Below, piece after piece: positions 1 through 7,722 of a stretch of 62,620 nt of DNA. Where the stretch lies: NCBI GenBank assembly GCA_022791775.1, contig JAAVZT010000013.1, positions 1 to 62,620 of the forward strand. Reading direction: 5' to 3'. Under the pieces are notes generated by a model. That model worked only from the letters and a program-made list of their open reading frames with translations, was not told where the DNA came from and searched no databases. The DNA is from Bacilli bacterium. Its GTDB lineage: Bacteria; Bacillota_I; Bacilli_A; RF39; UBA660. The translations under genes and the position numbers were made by a program. Each line of letters starts with the position of its first letter. Positions within the stretch are counted from its first letter, which is position 1.

Positions 1-175
1 CCAGTGGCACCAGTAGCACCCTGAGGACCAGTAGCACCAGTAGCGCCCTGAGGACCAGTGGCACCAGTAGCACCCTGAGGACCAGTAGCACCAGTAGCGC
101 CCTGAGGACCAGTGGCACCAGTAGCACCCTGAGGACCAGTGGCACCAGTAGCACCCTGAGGACCAGTGGCACCAG
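1..175 (-). repeat. 27-bp coding tandem repeat (GATGATGPQ)n
   Basis: Unit GGTGCTACTGGTGCCACTGGTCCTCAG repeated about 6 times with synonymous variation; truncated by the window edge. Confidence 0.95.
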
Positions 176-413
176 CAGGAATTACGAAATTTAACAAGGC
201 ATTTTCGTTTGTTCCCGCATTGATGACAGATGGAGTAGAGCCTGGTAATCCAGCAGTAGTTGTTCCAATTGCAATCGTTGCAGGACCTTGAGGCCCAGTA
301 GGTCCAGTAGGACCGATGATTTGCCGGCCTGAACAGCAACATCCTTGAGTTACATGATTTTCGGCGTATTCTTTTACTTTACGTTCTGCTCGACAATAAG
401 CATTATTGTTCAT
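1..413 (-). CDS. Collagen-like (BclA/exosporium-type) protein, 3' part runs off the window
   Basis: Not in the ORF track. Reverse strand from ATG at 413 reads [50 protein letters not shown]...[22 protein letters not shown]...; RBS GAAAGGA at 427-421. Confidence 0.9.
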   Translation of the reverse strand, partial: MNNNAYCRAERKVKEYAENHVTQGCCCSGRQIIGPTGPTGPQGPATIAIGTTTAGLPGSTPSVINAGTNENALLNFVIPAGATGPQGATGATGPQGATGATGPQGATGATGPQGATGATGPQGATGATGPQGATGAT

Positions 414-518
414 TTTATTCTCCTTTCATAATAGAATATGTTATTTTTTTTATTTGGTTTGTAGTAATGTCATTTTTCTCTGATGATATGATATAATATT
501 TTCAATGTGGTGATAAAA

Positions 519-1352
519 ATGAATCAGCAACTAGCTATTGAAAGAAGTATTATTAAAACGTACCGTAAAGATATTTGGCAAAAATTTGTAAAAGCTATTA
601 ATGATTATAAATTAATTGAAGAAGGGGACAAAATAGCTGTTTGTATTTCAGGAGGAAAGGATTCTTTTTTAATGGCTAAATGTTTTCAAGAGATTGAAAA
701 ACATGGACAATTTCATTTTGAAATAAAATTTATTGTAATGGATCCTGGTTATAGTGCTCAAAATCTGACTTTAATCCAGGAAAATGCTAAAACATTAGGA
801 GTTCCTATTCAAATTTTTCGTTCTGATATTTTTGAAGTAGTTCATCATTTAGATAAAGGTAATCCATGTTATTTATGTGCGAGAATGAGAAGAGGTTATT
901 TATATCAATTTGCTCAAGATTTGGGGTGTAATAAAATTGCCTTGGCACATCATTTTGATGATGTAATTGAAACCACTTTATTATCTATGTTGTATGGTGG
1001 AGAAATCAAAACGATGATGCCAAAATTGCATAGTGATCATTTTGATGGTTTAGAATTAATAAGACCAATGTACTTGATTCATGAAAAATCTATTATTAAT
1101 TGGGTGAAATCTAATCATTTAATTTTTTTGAATTGTGCATGTCGTTTTACTGAAGCAAATGAAAAATATGGAGAAGAAACAAGTAAACGAATGGAGATGA
1201 AACGACTTATTTCATCTTTTCGAGAACAAAATCCTTATATTGTTCAAAATATTTTTAAAAGTATAGAAAATATTAATTTAAATTGTGTAATTTCGTATCA
1301 TAAAAATGGAAAAAGAACTCATTTCTTGGATGACTATGACCTTAAGAATTAG
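519..1352 (+). CDS. ttcA: tRNA 2-thiocytidine biosynthesis TtcA-family protein
   Basis: PP-loop SGGKDS, CYLCARMRRG, HHFDD, LIRP motifs; ATG at 519 preferred over GTG at 507. Confidence 0.85.
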   Translation: MNQQLAIERSIIKTYRKDIWQKFVKAINDYKLIEEGDKIAVCISGGKDSFLMAKCFQEIEKHGQFHFEIKFIVMDPGYSAQNLTLIQENAKTLGVPIQIFRSDIFEVVHHLDKGNPCYLCARMRRGYLYQFAQDLGCNKIALAHHFDDVIETTLLSMLYGGEIKTMMPKLHSDHFDGLELIRPMYLIHEKSIINWVKSNHLIFLNCACRFTEANEKYGEETSKRMEMKRLISSFREQNPYIVQNIFKSIENINLNCVISYHKNGKRTHFLDDYDLKN

Positions 1353-1719
1353 AGTTCTTTTTTAAATTTTTTAATTCATTTTCCATTTTTTGAATCTCTT
1401 GTAAAATAAAATCGATTTCGTCTCGGTGAGTTTGATTCGATTTGTTGGAAGCAGTCGTGAATGGTCCAAAACCTTGTTTACTTTTTTTACTATTAATATT
1501 AATATTGTTTTTTTCAATTCGACTTTCAATTAATTGTTGTTGACCAGCACAAGTAACCATATATTGTCCTACTAACATAAACCAATTACCAATGGCATTT
1601 TGTTCATTGACATTTAAATCTCCTGTTAGGGCTGCACCTATTAAAATGGCTGTAAAAGAAAAAGCGGTAGGATCCAAATTAGGTGGGAAATTTGTATTTG
1701 GAGGAGTATTATGGGGCAT
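1342..1719 (-). CDS. Hypothetical protein, possibly sporulation-associated
   Basis: 125-aa ORF with strong RBS (AGGAGG), a hydrophobic segment and an upstream CATAAAATG box. Confidence 0.6.
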   Translation of the reverse strand: MPHNTPPNTNFPPNLDPTAFSFTAILIGAALTGDLNVNEQNAIGNWFMLVGQYMVTCAGQQQLIESRIEKNNININSKKSKQGFGPFTTASNKSNQTHRDEIDFILQEIQKMENELKNLKKNSNS

Positions 1720-1760
1720 AATGACCTCCTTTTATATCATTTTATGAATTCTTTTTCTTT

Positions 1761-2888
1761 TTAGAATATTTCATCTTTCGGATTTTCTATATATTTTAAT
1801 CTTTGATTTAATTTGATATATTCTTTATTTTGTGCTAATTCTTTAGAATAACGTTTTAAAATACTTTCTTTTGCAATTAGTAAAAGTGGATTTGAAGTAT
1901 TTTCTTTTATTTTTGAATTTAATTCTTTTAAATTCGGAATGATACTTTCTTCTATTATTTGAATTTGATTTAGTAATTCTTCTTTTGTTTGGGATTCTAT
2001 TATTAAATCAGGAGAATTTTGATTTTCTTTTGGGTTATCTAGATTTAATTCTTCTATTTCAAGTTCTTCCATTTTATCTATAGAATTTTTTGGCGGTTCC
2101 TCTTTCTTTTGCTTTTTTTCTTTTACTTGTTTGTTTAATTGTTCGATTATTTCATTAGGTGAAGAAAATAGTGTGGCAGTTGTTTGTTCATCAATTAACT
2201 TTTTTTGTTTTTTTTCTTCGGCTAATTCTTGGGCTTTTTTCTTTAATTTTAATTCCTTTATTTTTTCCTGCATTATTTCGATTGTGTTTGGGTTTTTTAA
2301 AATATCTAAATATCCATAACGCGTAGTCGGGTCATTTAAAATCTCAAAGTAGTGATTAATTTCATCAATTTTTTTATTTTTTTCATTAGGTGGTAAATTG
2401 TAAGCATTGTTTTCTAATTTTTCTCTTGCCAAGGTTAAATCTTCTAATGAAAAATTTGGTGTTAGATTAAAAAAATCTAAAATATTGATTATTTTTTCCT
2501 TTTGAATAAAACGCTCGATGTTTAATCGTTCTTGATAGGTTTCTAGATAAGTTAAAAAAATATCAGAATTTTGAAAAATGTCTACTATCTGTTTTATTAT
2601 TTCTTCCTTCTTTTTTTCCTCTTTCCATTTTTTTTCTAGTTGCTTTTTATTTTCATTATTATCCGTAGTTTTTGCTTCGAGTTCCAATTGAGCTAGTTTT
2701 TTTCTATGATTTTCTAATAATTCTTTGGTTTTATCGAGTAATTCTTCTGTTTTTAAAGTGTAAATTTCTTTTATGCTACATTCCAAAATGGTTGGAATGT
2801 CAATTAGTTTTCGATTTATGTCAAAAATTGTAGCATCTGTTTTAGTTGAAATTTGTATTTTTTCCCATATTTTGCTTAAAAATCCCAT
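1761..2888 (-). CDS. Coiled-coil hypothetical protein with an internal J-domain-like segment lacking HPD
   Basis: E/K-rich; the segment ILDFFNLTPNFSLEDL...KIDEINHYFEILNDPTTRYGYLD resembles DnaJ helices. Confidence 0.6.
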   Translation of the reverse strand: MGFLSKIWEKIQISTKTDATIFDINRKLIDIPTILECSIKEIYTLKTEELLDKTKELLENHRKKLAQLELEAKTTDNNENKKQLEKKWKEEKKKEEIIKQIVDIFQNSDIFLTYLETYQERLNIERFIQKEKIINILDFFNLTPNFSLEDLTLAREKLENNAYNLPPNEKNKKIDEINHYFEILNDPTTRYGYLDILKNPNTIEIMQEKIKELKLKKKAQELAEEKKQKKLIDEQTTATLFSSPNEIIEQLNKQVKEKKQKKEEPPKNSIDKMEELEIEELNLDNPKENQNSPDLIIESQTKEELLNQIQIIEESIIPNLKELNSKIKENTSNPLLLIAKESILKRYSKELAQNKEYIKLNQRLKYIENPKDEIF

Positions 2889-3045
2889 AAAGATCCCGTA
2901 CCTTCTATTCTTTGTTTTTATTATAACATATCTAAAAAGAGGATTGAATATAAAATTTTTGGTCTATTTTTATCTTATTTGGATGATTAACCAATTTTTA
3001 TACTGATACATATATTATTTTAGAGAAAGTAGGCAGGGGGAATTT

Positions 3046-3273
3046 ATGACATTAGCGGATTTGCAAGAAAGGGATCTTGTACAAATTAAAGAAGTAAAAA
3101 ATGATTTTCATTTAAAAAGACGGCTTTATGATTTAGGTTTTTTTCCTGGAGTAAGTGTTGAATGTGTAATTATAAGTCCGTTTTATAGTCCTATATTATA
3201 TAAGGTAAATGGGGCTTTTATTGCATTACGAAAAGAGGAGGCAAAGAAAATTGAGGTGACTTATGCAAACTAG
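3046..3273 (+). CDS. feoA: Ferrous iron transport protein A
   Basis: RRLYDLGF..G, SPF..P, IALRKEEA; overlaps the feoB start. Confidence 0.9.
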   Translation: MTLADLQERDLVQIKEVKNDFHLKRRLYDLGFFPGVSVECVIISPFYSPILYKVNGAFIALRKEEAKKIEVTYAN

Positions 3274-5266
3274 AAAAGTGGCTTTGATTGGAAATCCAAA
3301 TGTAGGAAAGTCAACTGTATTTAATGCATTAACTGGCTTGCATCAACACACAGGGAATTGGCCTGGAAAAACAGTGGAAAATGCTTATGGGGAGTGTCAT
3401 TATAAGGATACTTTGCTGACAATTTATGATTTGCCAGGAACTTATTCATTAATTAGTCATTCTTATGAGGAAAAGGTGGCTAGTGATTTTATTTGTTTCG
3501 AACAATATGATGTAGCAATTGTAGTTTGTGATGCGGTTTGTTTGGAACGAAGTTTGAATTTGGTATTACAAACAATGGAAATACTTCCTAATGTGGTAGT
3601 ATGCGTTAATTTGATGGATGAAGCAGAAAAAAAGAGAATTCATATTGATTTAGATAAATTAAGTAATCTTTTAAAGGTTCCTGTGATTGGTACTTCAGCA
3701 CGGAGTAATGAAGGTTTGGATCGATTATTAGAAGAAGTGATATCTTGTCAAAATCATTCTTATTATTCTATTTCGTATCCATTATATTTAGAAAATATTA
3801 TATCAGTTTTAACTACGAAGTTGCCAGATATGTCTTATAATTCTAGATGGGTTTCGTTGAAACTTTTAGAGGGGGATCAAATTTTTGATTCTTTACCAGT
3901 ACTAAATAAAGAGGAATTGCAACCATTTTTAAATTATCCTAGAAAAGTTTTTCAAATGGATGATGTAGTAGCTACTCTTTTGCAAGAATCTAAGAATATA
4001 TCCAAAGAAGTTATCAAATATGAATCTAAGGATTACGAGAGTAAAATGCGTAAATGGGATCGTATTTTAACTCGCAAAGCTACAGGTATTCCTATTATGT
4101 TATTGTTGTTATTTGGTATTTTATGGATTACAATTCGTTTTTCAAATATTCCAAGTTCGATGTTGTTTGATTTGTTTCATTTTTTAGAAATTAAATTAGT
4201 GAGTATATTTAAGATTCTTTCTATACCATCTTGGCTTACAAGTTTATTAGTTGAAGGAGTGTATCGAACTTTAACGTGGGTAGTTTCTGTTATGCTTCCT
4301 CCCATGGCTATATTTTTTCCATTATTTACATTATTAGAAGATTTAGGAGTATTACCTCGAATTGCTTTTAATTTAGATTACCCATTTGAAAAATGTAAAG
4401 CTTGTGGAAAACAATCTCTTACTATGTGTATGGGATTAGGTTGTAATGCTGTGGGAGTGATGGGGGCACGAATTATTGATTCAAAACGAGAGCGTTTGCT
4501 CGCTATTTTAACAAATGTTTTTATGCCTTGTAATGGTCGCTTTCCAGCTATTATTTCCATGATTTCCATGTTTATGATTTCTATTTCTAGTAGTGTTTTG
4601 TCCAGTTTAATTAGTGCTTTTGTTTTAACTTGTGTTATTTTACTCGGTATATTTATGACTTTTCTTATTTCTTTTCTTCTTTCTAAAACTATTTTAAAAG
4701 GATATCCATCAAGTTTTACTTTAGAACTTCCACCTTATCGAAAACCACAAATTGGAAAAGTCATTGTTCGTTCTATTTTTGATCGTACTTTATTTGTACT
4801 TGGAAGAGCTATTTTAGTAGCGGCTCCTGCTGGTTTTTTGATTTGGATTTTGGCCAATGTAATGATAGGTGAGAGTAGTTTAATTACTATTTTAGCTCGC
4901 TATTTAAATCCTTTTGGAATGATGATAGGATTAGATGGGATGATTTTACTTGCCTTTTTATTGGGATTTCCAGCAAATGAAATTGTATTGCCAATTTTAA
5001 TGTTAGGTTATTTATCGCTTGGAAGTATGACGGAAATGAATGATTTAGTTTTGATGAAAAATGTTTTAGTATCACATGGTTGGACTTTTTTAACAGCTCT
5101 TAATTTTATTTTATTATGTCTTTTTCATTTTCCATGTTCTACTACTATTTTAACAATAAAAAAAGAAACAAATAGTTGGAAATGGGCGATGTTTGCATTT
5201 ATTTTGCCTACATGTATTGGAATTATATTATGTTTTTGTACGCATTTTTTATCTTTTCTTTTTTAA
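3263..5266 (+). CDS. feoB: Ferrous iron transport protein B
   Basis: GNPNVGKS, GNWPGKTVE, DLPGTYSL GTPase motifs plus membrane domain with GCNAVG, ELPPYR, HFPC. Confidence 0.95.
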   Translation: MQTRKVALIGNPNVGKSTVFNALTGLHQHTGNWPGKTVENAYGECHYKDTLLTIYDLPGTYSLISHSYEEKVASDFICFEQYDVAIVVCDAVCLERSLNLVLQTMEILPNVVVCVNLMDEAEKKRIHIDLDKLSNLLKVPVIGTSARSNEGLDRLLEEVISCQNHSYYSISYPLYLENIISVLTTKLPDMSYNSRWVSLKLLEGDQIFDSLPVLNKEELQPFLNYPRKVFQMDDVVATLLQESKNISKEVIKYESKDYESKMRKWDRILTRKATGIPIMLLLLFGILWITIRFSNIPSSMLFDLFHFLEIKLVSIFKILSIPSWLTSLLVEGVYRTLTWVVSVMLPPMAIFFPLFTLLEDLGVLPRIAFNLDYPFEKCKACGKQSLTMCMGLGCNAVGVMGARIIDSKRERLLAILTNVFMPCNGRFPAIISMISMFMISISSSVLSSLISAFVLTCVILLGIFMTFLISFLLSKTILKGYPSSFTLELPPYRKPQIGKVIVRSIFDRTLFVLGRAILVAAPAGFLIWILANVMIGESSLITILARYLNPFGMMIGLDGMILLAFLLGFPANEIVLPILMLGYLSLGSMTEMNDLVLMKNVLVSHGWTFLTALNFILLCLFHFPCSTTILTIKKETNSWKWAMFAFILPTCIGIILCFCTHFLSFLF

Positions 5267-5293
5267 GCAATTGGGGATTCTTATTGCTTTTTT
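5265..5293 (+). terminator. Probable intrinsic terminator after feoB
   Basis: AAGCAAT...ATTGCTT stem followed by a T run. Confidence 0.55.
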
Positions 5294-5664
5294 CTTTATT
5301 TTAGATATTTATTTTTGGAGTTTTTTTTGGTTTGTAAAAAAATTATTATTTGATTTCTGTAACATTCGAAAATCAAAATGCTATTTTGGATATATTTCCT
5401 TGTCTGATCATTTTCAATTTTGTAAAATTTTAGCAAGGACGATAGTTTGGCTTGAAGAATATTTGAAAGATGAAAATTTCTCTTAATATTCTTTTAAATG
5501 GAACTATTTTTCGAAAAAAGTAGGTTCTCTAGTTAAGCTGTTGGAGTTGCAATTGAGATAACTTTAATATTTGTTATCGTGTAATGGGGAAAATGGTGTA
5601 CTATATAGAATATTGGGGGATAGAACGCAAATCTTTTTAATTAAAGTTAGAAAGAGGGGAGTAA

Positions 5665-5960
5665 TTTAAAAAAGTATTAGACATAACTTTATTTTTCAAA
5701 TTTTGTCTATTGTAAAGAAAATTTCGTATGGAAATGTTGCAACTTATAAGATGCTTGCAGATTTATCAGAAAATTCCAAATTCGCTAGTTTAGTAGGCAA
5801 AGTGTTAAGTATGACCGATTATTATGATGTTTATCCTTGTTATCGAGTAGTAAACTTTTGTAGTAGAATTGCTCCATAATTTTTAGAAAGAAAATTATTA
5901 TTAAAGAAAAATGTAGTTTTTAGATGGAATACATGTTGATGTACAAAAAATTTATGGATG
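5665..5960 (+). pseudogene. Decayed MGMT/alkyltransferase-like (Ogt/YbaZ family) gene
   Basis: Fragments read ILSIVKKISYGNVATYKMLADLS...LVGKVLS..YPCYRVVN (cf. PCHRVV), with a frameshift near the start and an in-frame TAA at 5877. Confidence 0.75.
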
Positions 5961-6022
5961 GATAAATTAGAAAAATAATTACTTTAAATATTATAGAATT
6001 TATGATATATTATTATTAAGTT

Positions 6023-6096
6023 GCCGATTTAGTACAGTGGTAGTACAGATGCATGGTAAGCATCAGAGGGCAGTTCAATTCTGCCAATCGGCACCA
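6023..6096 (+). tRNA. tRNA-Thr(GGT)
   Basis: Acceptor GCCGATT/AATCGGC, anticodon arm GATGC-AT GGT AA-GCATC, T arm GGCAG-TTCAATT-CTGCC, encoded ACCA. Confidence 0.95.
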
Positions 6097-6106
6097 GATT
6101 GATACC

Positions 6107-6143
6107 AAACTCGAACTTTTAATTTTTTGAGAGTTCGAGTTTT
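6107..6143 (+). terminator. Hairpin after tRNA-Thr (terminator-like; left arm doubles as an att-like motif)
   Basis: AAACTCGAACT...AGTTCGAGTTT inverted repeat. Confidence 0.6.
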
Positions 6144-6274
6144 AATATATATAAATTTATGATGAATATTTGCAGAGATTAAATTGATAATGTCAATTTA
6201 ATAAACACACTTGCACATTGACATCATCAATGAACGTGTGAAAAAGATAAATCTTTTTGGAATGACACATTTTG

Positions 6275-6310
6275 TAAAATTTAAAAAGTATGATATACTA
6301 TTGTTGCTTA
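6275..6310 (+). repeat. Direct repeat copy 1 upstream of the NUDIX gene (contains extended -10 TGATATACT)
   Basis: TAAAATTTAAAAAGTATGATATACTATTGTTGCTTA; matches 6932-6968. Confidence 0.65.
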
Positions 6311-6328
6311 TGGGGAGTGATGTGGTAT

Positions 6329-6934
6329 ATGAATAGTCAAGAGATTCTAAACAAAATTAAAAACTTATCTACTCAAGAACAAAGAAATTTATCATATGAA
6401 GAATTAATAAATATCATTAATGAACTTTCACCAAATGAAATAATTGAATTAAGTAATATAATTGGATATCCAGTATTTACTAGACTCTGTATGGGAGTTT
6501 TAAAACATAAATTTGTTCTTTTACAAGATGGTGCTGCTGCTATTATTGTAAATGAAAATGGACAAATATTATTACAAAGTAGAGCAGATAGAGATAGATG
6601 GGGATTACCTGGTGGTTGTCAAGAATTAGGAGAAAGGTTTCAAGATACAGTTATTAGAGAAATTAAAGAAGAAACAAATTTAGATGTAAAAGAAGAAGAT
6701 TTAGAATTAATTGATATAGTTTCTGGGTCTAGTAGAAGAAATGATTATCCAAATGGTGATGTTGTAATAAACAATACGGCACTTTATTATGTTAGGAAAT
6801 ATTCTGGAGAATTGAAATGGGATTCAGAATCTAAAGAAATGAAATTTTTTGATTTAGATAATCTACCTGAAAATCAAAATGATCCAGATTTAATAGAAAC
6901 GTATAAGAATTTTATCAGAAAAAAAACAAGATAA
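6329..6934 (+). CDS. NUDIX hydrolase
   Basis: Nudix box GGCQELGERFQDTVIREIKEETNL; probable start ATG 6329 after GGGGAG; all 12 Arg codons are AGR, unlike neighbouring genes. Confidence 0.9.
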   Translation: MNSQEILNKIKNLSTQEQRNLSYEELINIINELSPNEIIELSNIIGYPVFTRLCMGVLKHKFVLLQDGAAAIIVNENGQILLQSRADRDRWGLPGGCQELGERFQDTVIREIKEETNLDVKEEDLELIDIVSGSSRRNDYPNGDVVINNTALYYVRKYSGELKWDSESKEMKFFDLDNLPENQNDPDLIETYKNFIRKKTR

Positions 6935-6968
6935 AATTTTAAAATATGTGATATACTATAGTTAGTTA
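6932..6968 (+). repeat. Direct repeat copy 2 starting at the NUDIX stop codon
   Basis: TAAAATTTTAAAATATGTGATATACTATAGTTAGTTA; runs into the hairpin ATAGTTAGT/ACTAACTAT (6958-6985). Confidence 0.65.
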
Positions 6969-6992
6969 AATTTATTACTAACTATTTATTTT

Positions 6993-7062
6993 GCTCTAGG
7001 AGTTGTTGTACGTCCTCCTAAAGGGCACCATTGACGAATCTGTTCGAACTATTCGAACTTTT
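6993..7062 (+). mobile_element. tRNA-3'-end-like att site
   Basis: AGGAG...CTCCT-AAAGGGC-ACCA followed by TTCGAACT twice; shares GGCACCA and TCGAACTTTTAA with the tRNA-Thr 3' flank. Confidence 0.6.
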
Positions 7063-7127
7063 AAATATAGAATCAATCGAAAGATTGGTTTTTTTCTGTT
7101 TTTGGAAAGAAATCATAGGAAAGGTTG

Positions 7128-7408
7128 GTGTCTATTATTAATGTAATCAAAAAAGAAATTGATATGGAAGAATCTTTAAAAAGAGATTAGAGATAATATG
7201 TGATTTTTGTAATACGAAACCTACTATAATAAATGGTAGTATAAAAAATATAGAACACACAAATTTAAACTATATTGAACCCCATAGAATAATTATCAAT
7301 AACATATTGTTTTTTGCCTTTAATTATTCTAATGAAATCTATATCAATAATTTAAGTAAGAAAATTAAAATGGCAGAATTAGAAAACTATATAAAATCTT
7401 TGAATTAA
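7128..7408 (+). pseudogene. Small ORF (~93 aa) broken by a 1-bp frameshift in an A run
   Basis: GTG at 7128 after AGGAAAGG: MSIINVIKKEIDMEESLK, then the -1 frame continues KRLEIICDFCNTKP...YIEPHRI...ELENYIKSLN* to 7408. Confidence 0.65.
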
Positions 7409-7473
7409 TGCTTATTCCCTGCAAAGAGGTAAGACAAAATGTATTATGTAATTGATTTACAAAGGCTTATTTT

Positions 7474-7519
7474 GAGAAGTAAAAGTATTAGTTTGTAGTA
7501 CTTTTACTTCTCTTTTTTT
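7474..7519 (+). terminator. Intrinsic terminator
   Basis: 14-bp stem GAGAAGTAAAAGTA/TACTTTTACTTCTC followed by a T run. Confidence 0.8.
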
Positions 7520-7548
7520 GAAAAACTAAAAAAGGGAATGATAATTTA

Positions 7549-7627
7549 ATGTATGATGATGTAAAAAAGATTGCAGGCTTGTATTAGAATTGTTACAGAA
7601 AATCAAACAAGCAAAAAAAGATTTTAA
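7549..7627 (+). pseudogene. Remnant of the N-terminus of a large serine recombinase
   Basis: RBS AAAGGG, then MYDDVKKIAGLY-(frameshift)-RIVTENQ, resembling the resolvase-family start K.A..Y.RVST.DQ. Confidence 0.55.
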
Positions 7628-7722
7628 GATATGTTTATAAATGAAAATGTTAATAAATGTTGCTTGTAGCAACGGATTGATTTTTATAAAATAAGTTGTA
7701 AAGAAAGGAGAGATTTTTTTAA

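Noticed and set aside
1-175. Regular 27-bp repeats as a CRISPR array
   Set aside because: There are no spacers; the units are contiguous and encode Gly-X-Y collagen.
5193-5486. 97-aa ORF overlapping the feoB end
   Set aside because: It crosses the terminator, is Phe-rich low-complexity sequence and has no convincing start.
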